From assembly GCA_021513695.1 (NCBI GenBank), contig CP084166.1, positions 128,001 to 192,000 of the forward strand: a stretch of DNA of 64,000 bases, read 5' to 3'. The notes below the pieces were generated by a model, which worked only from the letters and a program-made list of their open reading frames with translations, was not told the DNA's origin and did no database searches. A program made the translations under genes and the position numbers. Each line of letters starts with the position of its first letter. Position 1 is the first letter of the stretch. This DNA comes from Candidatus Heimdallarchaeum aukensis (GTDB lineage Archaea; Asgardarchaeota; Heimdallarchaeia; Heimdallarchaeales; Heimdallarchaeaceae). Shown here piece by piece: positions 49,244 to 58,583 of the stretch.

Positions 49244-51307
49244 ATGTCTCATATATTGAAGCAAAATGTAAAGATACCCAAAGAAATACTCCCATTCTAT
49301 AAATTATTTAATGATTATGAGAAAGAACAATTTCAAAAATTGTCATCTTTAAACCAAATGTCTAATTTAAATGAAATAGGTACATTATTGTTAGATATCT
49401 TTAATAAAGAAATTGAACACACTTCATATTTTATGCTTGCTCTTGGCAGAATATTATATCATACTTCAGATATGTTAAATCTTGAAAATATCTATAAAGA
49501 AACCGATTCTGCTGAAATAGGGTTATGGTACGCTTTCTTGAGAATTATTAGTTCAGACGATGTACGAAAGGAAGAAATTCTATTAGATCAACTGAAAGAA
49601 AAACTAAATTATTCCTTATTGCACCTTCTTTGGACTATTGTTGAGCTTAATTTTTATGTATATTCAGGAAATCAATTTAATTTTAGAGAAACTAAAGATA
49701 TTATAATTAATCGTTTTTTAGTTGAAGATATCGAAAATAGAGAAAAACATAAAGTGATTTTCAAGCTTTTTTATTCATATATTTTAATTATAGAAATAAA
49801 TTTGAATTTTCTACAGAATCACATTTCATATGCTAAAGACCTACTTATCCATGCTTCTGATATTATAGTTACTTTAGAAGATAGGATTTTAGAGTCGATG
49901 CAACTTAGATTATCTGCATTAATTGAGTTAAGAAAAAACAACTTTTCAACAGCTCAACATCTATTTTTACGTTCTCTTGCTCTCGCAGATATGTTAAAAG
50001 AAATAAGATTTGCAATACAAGTTAATTCAGAAATTGGAGACCTATATCTACAGATGGGCCATGTTAAAGATGCAAAATTGTTTTACGATAAATCACTAGA
50101 GCTTTTAAAAAAGCATGTACCTTATGATTCTTCATTGCAAGGCATTCTACTTTCTAAGATTGCTGATTACTATTTTGTGAATGAAAAGTTTCAAAAGTCT
50201 CTAGATTTGCTTGATGAAGCTCTTTCATTCTTTAAAGTAGATAATAATTTTTCATTTCAGATCAAACTCAAATACATTGAATATCTTTTAAATTTGAAAA
50301 AAGTTAATAAAGCAGAATCTTTGTTGGTTTCAAGTTTTCAAAAGAAAGACAATTATCTTTATTTGCAGAATCAGAGTTTTTGCCTGTATTTAAGAGGATT
50401 TATTGAATTTCTTAAGAAGAATTTTGGTAAAGCCCAGTCTTTCCTCTATGAGGCAATAGGGATTGCAGATAGAACAGGAGATGAATGGACCAGTTCAAAA
50501 TCTTTAGTTCTTCTTTTAATTTTGCTTCTTCTAAAGTATAACTTAGCTTCAAAAGTAGACGATATAGTAGAAGCAGACAAGTGTGTAGATGATATAATTA
50601 CATTTTTAGAAGAAAAAGCGAAGTTTAAAGAACTTGCTCAGATATATCTAATTCGAGCTAAGATAAGAAAAATACTTCTCGACTTTGAGACTTCACTTTT
50701 TTTACTGAAAACAGGAGAAAATATAGCTAGACAGTATTATCCTGAACTTATTACTAAATATGAAGAAAATATTGATGAGATTTCTAGACTCTTAAATTTT
50801 GAAAACATTGCAGAGACAGAAACACCCTCCATAGATTTCAAGGAAGATATTGACACAATTTTTCAAATTCTTATCAGACAGACTAAAAAACTTGGTTCTC
50901 CAATAGAAAGTATTACAATAGCCGTACTTATTTTTCATTCAAGCGGTATACCAGTTCGGACTTATCGTTCTGAAGAGCTCTATATTAGTGATGATATGAT
51001 CTTTGGTGGTTTTGTGTCAGCAATAAGACATCTGCTTGATGAATTGTTCTATTCCCAAGAATCAAAGTCTTTAAGTGTTGATCATGGACAGTACAAGCTT
51101 CTAATTGAGTTTTACAAGAATTTATTTTCTATTGTTATTCTTACTGTTCGAGATAGCTTCTTGTTACGCAGAAAGATGCATCAATTAGTTAGTTTTGTAG
51201 CTTCAAAGGATCTGTTCAAAGAGAAATATTTTGGTAAAATTGATGAACTTGCTTTGAGAGACATTGATTCATTTGTTGAGAAGTTGTTTAAAGTCAAAAA
51301 GAATTAG
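49244..51307 (+). CDS. TPR-repeat protein with a C-terminal roadblock/LC7-like domain
   Basis: Central TPR-like helices. The C-terminus ITIAVLIFHSSGIPVRTYRSEELYISDDMIFGGFVSAIRHLLDEL...YKLLIEFYKNLFSIVILT fits the roadblock pattern. Confidence 0.5.
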   Translation: MSHILKQNVKIPKEILPFYKLFNDYEKEQFQKLSSLNQMSNLNEIGTLLLDIFNKEIEHTSYFMLALGRILYHTSDMLNLENIYKETDSAEIGLWYAFLRIISSDDVRKEEILLDQLKEKLNYSLLHLLWTIVELNFYVYSGNQFNFRETKDIIINRFLVEDIENREKHKVIFKLFYSYILIIEINLNFLQNHISYAKDLLIHASDIIVTLEDRILESMQLRLSALIELRKNNFSTAQHLFLRSLALADMLKEIRFAIQVNSEIGDLYLQMGHVKDAKLFYDKSLELLKKHVPYDSSLQGILLSKIADYYFVNEKFQKSLDLLDEALSFFKVDNNFSFQIKLKYIEYLLNLKKVNKAESLLVSSFQKKDNYLYLQNQSFCLYLRGFIEFLKKNFGKAQSFLYEAIGIADRTGDEWTSSKSLVLLLILLLLKYNLASKVDDIVEADKCVDDIITFLEEKAKFKELAQIYLIRAKIRKILLDFETSLFLLKTGENIARQYYPELITKYEENIDEISRLLNFENIAETETPSIDFKEDIDTIFQILIRQTKKLGSPIESITIAVLIFHSSGIPVRTYRSEELYISDDMIFGGFVSAIRHLLDELFYSQESKSLSVDHGQYKLLIEFYKNLFSIVILTVRDSFLLRRKMHQLVSFVASKDLFKEKYFGKIDELALRDIDSFVEKLFKVKKN

Positions 51308-51389
51308 TTATTTATGCTCATAAAAAGTTTTTTCTTTTAGACGTAACAAGATAATATTTTTAAGAATAGTAAATATAATGTAAATAAGA

Positions 51390-53474
51390 ATGTCAGTAGT
51401 ATACAGTTTCCCTAGGGAATATAGTCATTATATCCCTCTTTTCACTAGAGAAGAACAAGATTTGATTAACAACTTTTCATCAAAAGTTAATAAAGATACT
51501 TCAATGGGAATCTTGAAAGATATCCTTTTAGATATTTTAGATAATCTTTCTTCCCCTTCTCTCTATTTCTTATACTCACTAGGTAAAGTTTTATTCATTT
51601 CTAGTAATTATAATCTACTTGAAGAACTCAATAAGAAATATAAAAGTGAGAGTTTAGAGCTGTGGTGGGGAAATGCTCTAATAAGGCGAACTGAGAATGA
51701 TAAAGTAATTAATCTCGCTTTGAAAATACTCAACAAGAATCCTGAAGAAAAAATAATTAGATTACATTGTTATGCCCTTTTAGCTAATGCATATGCAAAT
51801 ATGGAAAGTGAAAATCAATATAGACATTATATGCAAGAACTCTATCATGAGTCAATTATCTTTCATAGAGATTTAGATAAAGAAAAAATTGTAATAAATG
51901 ATATCCTTCTTTTTGCACATGCTATTGACATTTGGAAAGAGAGAATATCTGCACCTCTTTTAAAACTTGAAAACAAAATTGATGTAGCTTTTCAAATTGC
52001 AAAAGAACTAGGAGATCGTTATCACCTTGGAAGGTTGTACAACATAAGAGGAGTAATTTACAGATATGTAGGAAGAATCTCTGATTCATTTGAATTTATA
52101 AATAAGGCTATAAATTATTATAAAGCAGTTGGAGCTAGGAGAGGAGTAGCAGCAGCAAAAGCAAATCTTGCAACAATTTATACAATTAAAAATGAACTAG
52201 ATAAAGCCGAGAAATTACTAAAAGAGTCTCTCTCAATTTTTTTGGAAGTAGGTGATTACAAAAATCAATCCTTAATTCACTCTTCTTTAGGTGAAATTGC
52301 TATTGCTAAAGGAGATTATCACTCTGCTTTAGAATTGTATGAAGAATCTGTAAGTATATTGGAGCAAATAAACGCACACGAACTACAAGTTTATTGCTCT
52401 TTAGGCGAATTATATTATTTCTTAGGAAATAAAGAAAAAATGAAAATAATAATGAAATTCCTGCAAGAGACAGACAAAAAGAAAGAAGGATTCGTCTATG
52501 GATATTATAATTTGTTTAAAGCTCTTTTAGAAATTGATAACATGAATTATGGTAAAGCAAATGAATACTTGGAAAAAGCTTTGTCTATAAGTGATACAAG
52601 AGGAACAGGATTTTTCTCTGCAAAAATACTTCTTCAACTGTCATTGATCAACATAAAGCAATATGATTCTTTTCAAGAAAAGGAGTATTTAGAAAAAGCA
52701 AAACAGTACATAAATGATTTAGAACCATTTTATGAAGAGTTGAATAAAACAATTGAACATGTAATAATTCTATTGGTTCTTTCAAAAATATATGCAGTAA
52801 TGGAAGAATATACGAAGTCTTTTAACATTTTACAAAAAGCAAAAGATCGTCTTAATTTGTCAAAGAAAGAAAGAAAAAAGGATAAATATTACCACTTAAT
52901 AGAAAATAGAATTAAAGAACTTGAAGAAATCTTTTCAAAAGCCAAAACCGAAACATCATTCCAAAATGAAACTTTTCAATATGAAATTAAAGAAATGGAA
53001 AGTATAAGCATTAGACAAATATCAGAATATGAAAAAGAATTAAGAACTTCAATATTGGCACTTTTAATAGTACATCCTTCAGGAATACCTTTAATGAATT
53101 ATACGCTCAAGAGGTCTAGTCAATTTAGAGATGAACTAATGTTTGGAGGTTTTATTGTAGCTGTAAAAGACATGATAGAAGAGTTATTCTCTAATCCAAT
53201 GCAGAGTAAAGTAATGGTCATTAGCTATGGTAATAATAAGATAATAATGGAGCACAGTCCAAAGAGAAATTTTAGTGTAATTATTTTATCATCAAAGGAT
53301 AGTTTTATTCTACGAAGAAAAATTCATCGATTAACTCAAAATCTACAAGATATAGAGCTCCCGCAACAGTATATTGGAGAATTGACCCCTAAAACAGCTT
53401 CAAGAATAAATGAAGAAGTAAAAAATGTTTTTGGAGAAAACTTAATGCTATATGAAGGTGCTGTTCATATTTAG
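51390..53474 (+). CDS. TPR-repeat protein with a C-terminal roadblock/LC7-like domain (paralog of 49244..51307)
   Basis: Clear TPR units (NLATIYTIKNELDKAEKLLKESLSIFLEVGDYKNQSLIHSSLGEIAIAKGDYHSALELYEES). The C-terminus TSILALLIVHPSGIPLMNY...LMFGGFIVAVKDMIEEL...NKIIMEHSPKRNFSVIIL is roadblock-like. Confidence 0.5.
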   Translation: MSVVYSFPREYSHYIPLFTREEQDLINNFSSKVNKDTSMGILKDILLDILDNLSSPSLYFLYSLGKVLFISSNYNLLEELNKKYKSESLELWWGNALIRRTENDKVINLALKILNKNPEEKIIRLHCYALLANAYANMESENQYRHYMQELYHESIIFHRDLDKEKIVINDILLFAHAIDIWKERISAPLLKLENKIDVAFQIAKELGDRYHLGRLYNIRGVIYRYVGRISDSFEFINKAINYYKAVGARRGVAAAKANLATIYTIKNELDKAEKLLKESLSIFLEVGDYKNQSLIHSSLGEIAIAKGDYHSALELYEESVSILEQINAHELQVYCSLGELYYFLGNKEKMKIIMKFLQETDKKKEGFVYGYYNLFKALLEIDNMNYGKANEYLEKALSISDTRGTGFFSAKILLQLSLINIKQYDSFQEKEYLEKAKQYINDLEPFYEELNKTIEHVIILLVLSKIYAVMEEYTKSFNILQKAKDRLNLSKKERKKDKYYHLIENRIKELEEIFSKAKTETSFQNETFQYEIKEMESISIRQISEYEKELRTSILALLIVHPSGIPLMNYTLKRSSQFRDELMFGGFIVAVKDMIEELFSNPMQSKVMVISYGNNKIIMEHSPKRNFSVIILSSKDSFILRRKIHRLTQNLQDIELPQQYIGELTPKTASRINEEVKNVFGENLMLYEGAVHI

Positions 53475-53613
53475 AAATCAAATTACAATGAATAAATCTT
53501 AATAGTGAAGTTTCTAACAGGGTAAAGAAAATACTTTTTTTGATAAAGTAAATTGAAGTGAAATTTATTTTTTCCTAGAAAAATTAAAAAACAAGCAAAA
53601 ATCAAAGCATTAT

Positions 53614-54720
53614 ATGAGTAAATTATTTACTCCCTTTAAAATAGGAAAAATTGAACTAAAAAATAGATTGATAAGATCAGCAACTACCTCATATTGGTCA
53701 ACGAATGATGGATTACTTACAGAACCTATCTTTGATTATTACGAGAAACTTGCTAAAGGGGGAGTAGGTCTTATTATAAAAGGTCATTCGTATATAAATG
53801 ATAAAGCAAGAGCACATCAAAGACAATCAGGATTATGCAACAAAGAACATGTAAAAAAAATGAAAGAATTAACGGAAATTGTTCATAAATATGAAACTCC
53901 TATTATTGCTCAATTAAACCATGGGGGATATTATTGTAGAGATGACAGAATTAGTGCTTCCAAGTACCGTTCTAAAAAATGGCAATCTAGACAAGCATCT
54001 ATTGAAGAAATAAAAAAAATAATTAATGATTTTGCTAATTCAGCTGAACTTGCTATAGAAGCAGGGTTTGATGGAGTACAGATTCATGCAGCACATGGTT
54101 ATCTTATAAGTCAATTTTTATCTGATATTGTTAATAAGAGAAAAGATGAATATGGAGGGTCTTTAGAAAATAGAGCTCGTCTGCTTTTAGATGTTTATTC
54201 TGCAATCAGAGACAGAATCGGAAAAAGAGAAGTAGTAGGAGTAAAAATCAACTGTGATGATTTCGCTAATGAAGGTGGATTTACAATAGAGCAATCTATA
54301 CAAGTAATGAAATGGTTATCAAAAAATTCCATTGACTTTATTGAAATATCTGGAGGAGGTCCTGAACAAAATAGAGAAATTAGAAAAAAGAGAGCTAGAT
54401 ACATAGATTCAAGTAATGGAAAGTCTCCTTTAGAACAACCAACATTTGGTGGATATGCAATTAAAATAAAAAAAGAGATTAAAAACACTCCTCTCTCTTT
54501 AGTTGATGGAATACGAACAAAAGAAACAATGGATGCTTTGCTCGATAATAATATTGTTGACTTGGTTTCGATGAGTAAGCCATTTATTATTGAACCTGAT
54601 TTTCCAGCAAAAATGAAAAACGGACAAAGTCGTTCAGCTTGTATTGACTGTTTAAGATGCTTACAGCCTAACAATTTTGGTAAAAAAATGTTAAGATGTT
54701 TCTATCTAAACGAGATCTAA
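53614..54720 (+). CDS. Old Yellow Enzyme family NADH:flavin oxidoreductase
   Basis: LFTPFKIGKIELKNRLIRSATTS...HAAHGYLISQFLS are the OYE TIM-barrel hallmarks. Confidence 0.7.
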   Translation: MSKLFTPFKIGKIELKNRLIRSATTSYWSTNDGLLTEPIFDYYEKLAKGGVGLIIKGHSYINDKARAHQRQSGLCNKEHVKKMKELTEIVHKYETPIIAQLNHGGYYCRDDRISASKYRSKKWQSRQASIEEIKKIINDFANSAELAIEAGFDGVQIHAAHGYLISQFLSDIVNKRKDEYGGSLENRARLLLDVYSAIRDRIGKREVVGVKINCDDFANEGGFTIEQSIQVMKWLSKNSIDFIEISGGGPEQNREIRKKRARYIDSSNGKSPLEQPTFGGYAIKIKKEIKNTPLSLVDGIRTKETMDALLDNNIVDLVSMSKPFIIEPDFPAKMKNGQSRSACIDCLRCLQPNNFGKKMLRCFYLNEI

Positions 54721-54797
54721 AAAGAAAATTTTCTTTTTTATCTCTAATCACTAAACTAAAAGATTTAATATTTATTTTTATGTTATTGTTCTGAACA

Positions 54798-55625
54798 ATG
54801 ACATCTAATTTTGAGTATTTTAAAATATTAAAGCCTGTCTTAGTCACTGGAGGAATGATATTAAACCTCATGAGAGGAAAAGTAACTAATCAACCAAAAG
54901 AAAGTGATCTCCCTCCAGAATTGGTTAAAGAAAGCTCTACTGCTCACACAGAAATTGACGACTTTGTACAAGATATAGCCCTCGAAATTCTCCATTCTTC
55001 TTTACCAGATATTGGAATAAATGCAGAAGAAGTTACAGATAGAGTAAAATGGTTTAAACAAGACAAAACAGGACTCTGTTTTCATCTAGATCCCTTAGAT
55101 GGGACGCTGGCATATACAAAAAATAGAGAAGATTTTGCTATTGGTGCAGCTTTATCTGACAAATTAAAATTTATAGCCAGTGGGATATACTTTCCTGCAG
55201 TTGATAGACTTTTTTACGCAGAAAAAGGAAAAGGTGTTCTAGTTATTAATAGTTTAGGAGAAAAGATTTCATTCACTAGACCTTCCTCACCAGAAAAAAA
55301 ATATGCGCAAAAAAGATGTGATGAGTATGTTCCCATTCTAGAAAAATTAGCTTTTACAAAGCTAGATTCAATGAGTGCTCATCATAGTATGATTTCTATC
55401 CTAGAAGGAAAAGCTGCAATTCAGATGTATCATATGGCAAGCCCTCATGATTTTGGAATTCCTCAACTAATTCTTGAAGAAGCAGGAGGAATATGTACTG
55501 ATCTTGAAGGGAAACCAATAAAATATGACCCAGACTTTAATAGAGTGCCCTACTTCCTCGCTTTCTTTGATACTAAAATCAAGGACTTATTTTTCAAAGA
55601 AATAGAGAGAAGTAAAACATTGTAG
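54798..55625 (+). CDS. inositol monophosphatase/fructose-1,6-bisphosphatase family protein
   Basis: FHLDPLDGTLAY is the IMPase DPxDGT motif. An upstream ...EEV.DRVKW region is also present. Confidence 0.65.
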   Translation: MTSNFEYFKILKPVLVTGGMILNLMRGKVTNQPKESDLPPELVKESSTAHTEIDDFVQDIALEILHSSLPDIGINAEEVTDRVKWFKQDKTGLCFHLDPLDGTLAYTKNREDFAIGAALSDKLKFIASGIYFPAVDRLFYAEKGKGVLVINSLGEKISFTRPSSPEKKYAQKRCDEYVPILEKLAFTKLDSMSAHHSMISILEGKAAIQMYHMASPHDFGIPQLILEEAGGICTDLEGKPIKYDPDFNRVPYFLAFFDTKIKDLFFKEIERSKTL

Positions 55626-55809
55626 ATGACTTATTTTTTTACGTAAGTTTGTAAAAATTGAGGGAGAATTGAATGTAAAAAAAGAAAAAGGAAAGGAGGA
55701 AGGGAGTGGAAAGGAAAATGATGGCTTTTTATAGGGAAAAAAAGTATAAGTAAGTAAGAAGAGAAGAAGAAAACCAAAGAAAGAGAAAATAGAAGGAGAA
55801 AAGAAAGAG

Positions 55810-57255
55810 ATGGAGGCCGTCGTCAAAACCTTGAAAGTGAGAATAAAGAATGAGGTATTGACGACAAGGAAGAAGGAAAGGTTAAGGAGAATAACAGGAA
55901 GAGATACGAGAATAATAGAAAAGTATGTGAGAATAATACACCAAAATAGAAAAAAAATATGTATAAGAACTAAAAAAGGGAAAATAAGAGTACATAGAGG
56001 AAAATTAGACGATTTAACATTAACTACTTCAAGAGTAAAAGAAGAAGAGAGGAGAAAGACTTTTCCTCACGACCTTAAGAAAATGTTCCCCTATTGTTCT
56101 CACAATGAGTTTCAAGAGTGTAGAGATATAGCTGTACAACTATATAAACAATGGTATAGACCTAACACCACTCGTCCTCCAATAAAGAGAGCGAGAAGAC
56201 AACTAATTAATGGAAAGAGGTTCATCCTCATCCATCTACCAAAAGAAAAGAATAACACTCTCACTCGTTGGTGGGTAGGAATAAGAGACTCGTTAGACAC
56301 TTGGAAAAGAAATACCCCCTATCATCAGAAGTTGTGGTTACCTTTAGAGATGAGCGATTTCCACCAGAAAGAGTTAAAAAAAGGACAGATAAAAGGTCTA
56401 GAACTGCGATACAAACGTTCTACAAGTGAGTGGTGGGTATATTTTCAACTAAAAGTTCTTCCTCCTTCTTCTTTTCTAAGCGATAATTCCTCTTCTTCTC
56501 TTCCTCCAGCTGTGCTGGGAATAGATCTGGGGATAAACATTCCTGCTGCAGGAGTGTTACTAACCCCTAAAAAGAAGTTAACTATTAAACAGATAAAATT
56601 CTAGTATACCAAACAGTGGAATATAATCAATCATAGATATAAACTCAAACTTTCCCGTCTTCAGAGGAAAGCGGCTTTAAACGACCAGTCGGGTAAAAAA
56701 CACCAAGTTTATCGTTTTCTTGGTCTTCTTCGTCGGAGATATAGAAACGTTAAACTGGCGTATATCCACCAATTTGTAAACGATGTTGTGCGGACAATAG
56801 AGACTTATGCACAAGTGTATGACCTTTTCGTCGTCGTAGGTTATCCTAAACATATCCGTGAAGAGAAAGGAAAAGGGAAAGTTTCTCGTCAATTTCGCAG
56901 AAAACTTCATCAGTGGAACTATGCTCTTGTTCTTGGTCTTCTCCGTCGGGCATTAATATTAAGAGGTTTCGAATCTCACCGTATTCTCACTTTAGACGAA
57001 AGAGGAACATCCTCTCACTGTTCTCGTTGTGGAACGAAAGTCTCTCGCCCTGTCAGAGGGTTAATCTCTTGTTCTTCTTGTAATTACACTTTCCACTCTG
57101 ACCTCACAGGAGCAATGAATATCGCTCGAAGGTTCCTTGGTCATCTTTTCCGTCCTCGTGCAACAACTATTACTGACCACCTTACTGGCTATAAATTCAG
57201 TCTCACCCATTTCACTGTTTGCCAAGGGCTCAGCCATTGGTTGCAGTCCCAGTAG
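55810..57255 (+). pseudogene. tnpB: tnpB (RuvC-like RNA-guided nuclease of the IS605 family) interrupted by a single in-frame TAG at 56602-56604
   Basis: ORF 55810..56604 and ORF 56788..57255 are in the same frame, with an open frame from 56605. Total length 1446 nt = 482 codons. RuvC-I is LGIDLGINIPAAG; the zinc finger is CSRCG...CSSCN; RuvC-III is FHSDLTGAMNIARR. The N-terminus is basic. Confidence 0.75.
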
Positions 57256-57430
57256 ACAAAAAAAGAAACTAATTACTCTTATCTTTGAGGATAGTTATCT
57301 TTTTTTGTCTCTCGTGGAGCGAAGAAAAAGTTCCTTTCTTCTTTATGATTCCCACGATTCGTGTATGATGTCTGTCTCAACCCCTTCTTTCATTGTATGC
57401 TCTGGTTGAGTTCGCAAGAGATCAAACTCT
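57256..57430 (+). ncRNA. candidate TnpB-associated guide RNA (omega/reRNA) scaffold at the IS right end
   Basis: The region immediately 3' of tnpB is GC-richer and carries two short hairpins (57309-57355 and about 57376-57410). This is by analogy with IS605 right-end RNAs and is not verified. Confidence 0.3.
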
Positions 57431-57527
57431 CTTCTAGTTTTTTCTCTTGAAAGACTGAGTGCGAAAAACTTACGTAAAAAAGTAAATCATGAAAAAGAGT
57501 TAAAATCTTCTTTGTTTTTTTTTTGAT

Positions 57528-58550
57528 ATGAAATGGATTTATAAATTTCTAATTAGATTTCTTATTTTTACTCTTCTTTTCGGAATATTTATTGCGATTT
57601 CTGTAAAATTTGCATATGTTGAGCCATCAGAATACATATATTCAGATAATGATTGGGATAATTTCTCTTATACTCCAGAATATAATCATTCTCAGTGGAA
57701 TGTTTTGCTTGATGCTCATTCTCACACTTATTATTCGGATGGTTATCTTTCTCCTAGACAGAATATCCTTTGGCATATCGCTATGGGCTTTAATGCTATG
57801 GTTCTTACTGATCATAATACGTTTGATGGTGTTGAAGAGATATTAAAATTAGCAAGAGAAGAGTTTAATGACTCCATTAAAGTTTTTAGAGGTATGGAAT
57901 GGACTACTGATAGAAGTCATCTAAATATTATTCTTCCTCCTGATGTTACTCCTGAAGATTATGAAAAACTGAAAACACATAAGAGTTATTCTTACACTCC
58001 TACAGATGAAGAATTTAAGAGTATAATTGAAGAAACACATTCTATTGGAGGGTTGGTGATTGTTAACCATATTCCTTGGTCAGAAGAGTTTTGTCACGAT
58101 CAGCCAACAAGAGAGCAATTTCTTGAGTGGGGTGTAGATTATATAGAAATAATTAATGAAGAAACTTATGACAAAGTTTCTGAAGATTTTTGCATAGAAA
58201 ATAATCTGGGAATAATTACAGGAACAGATATGCACAAACCAGAACCAGTTTATGCATGGACAACACTAAATGTTTCTGAATTTTCAGAGGAAACAATCTT
58301 TAATGAACTAAAAGCAAAAAGAACAGGATACATTTTTACTGGAGCAGCTTCTCCTTATCCTATTGAACACAGACATAACCCTGCTTATTCTATTTTTTAT
58401 CCTTTTATCAAAATGGGCGAAGTATTCAGAGATGTTTATTCAAGTCCATATTTTGCAGAATACTTGACTCCCATATTTCTCTATCCTTACTTAATCTTCT
58501 TTTCTGTAGAACTAACCAAATTTGTGATTTATAAAAAGAGAAAGAAATAA
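57528..58550 (+). CDS. PHP-domain (polymerase/histidinol-phosphatase-like) phosphoesterase, membrane-anchored
   Basis: N-terminal TM/signal. LDAHSHTYYSDGYLSP is PHP motif I. Further His/Asp blocks are present (VLTDHNTFDG, GTDMHKPEP). There is a C-terminal TM helix. Confidence 0.6.
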   Translation: MKWIYKFLIRFLIFTLLFGIFIAISVKFAYVEPSEYIYSDNDWDNFSYTPEYNHSQWNVLLDAHSHTYYSDGYLSPRQNILWHIAMGFNAMVLTDHNTFDGVEEILKLAREEFNDSIKVFRGMEWTTDRSHLNIILPPDVTPEDYEKLKTHKSYSYTPTDEEFKSIIEETHSIGGLVIVNHIPWSEEFCHDQPTREQFLEWGVDYIEIINEETYDKVSEDFCIENNLGIITGTDMHKPEPVYAWTTLNVSEFSEETIFNELKAKRTGYIFTGAASPYPIEHRHNPAYSIFYPFIKMGEVFRDVYSSPYFAEYLTPIFLYPYLIFFSVELTKFVIYKKRKK

Positions 58551-58583
58551 TTCTCTTTTTTCTTTTTTACAACTTAATAGCTG

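Larger units (their letters stand above)
55641..57478 (+). mobile_element. IS200/IS605-family, tnpB-only (IS1341-like) insertion element of foreign, higher-GC composition
   Basis: The ends are marked by an inverted repeat: tttttttacgtaagttt at 55634-55650 and aaacttacgtaaaaaa at 57466-57481, both containing the palindrome TTACGTAA. Internal GC is about 42% against about 28% in flanking DNA. The left end has a ~150-nt polypurine tract, and the right end has hairpins (ctcaacc...ggttgag; tcgtgg...ccacga). Confidence 0.65.

Noticed and set aside
54195-54871. Antisense ORFs 54195..54674 and 54668..54871
   Set aside because: Nested opposite the OYE gene; no motifs.
55587-55826. 79-aa ORF on the minus strand across the IS left end
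   Set aside because: It is the complement of the polypurine tract and gives a low-complexity F/S/P-rich translation. This is an artefact of strand-biased composition.
56112-56910. ORFs 56112..56300 and 56677..56910 antisense within tnpB
   Set aside because: Embedded antisense in tnpB.
57137-57846. ORFs 57137..57409 and 57610..57846
   Set aside because: The first overlaps the tnpB 3' end and structured right end in another frame. The second is an alternative frame inside the PHP gene. Neither has support.
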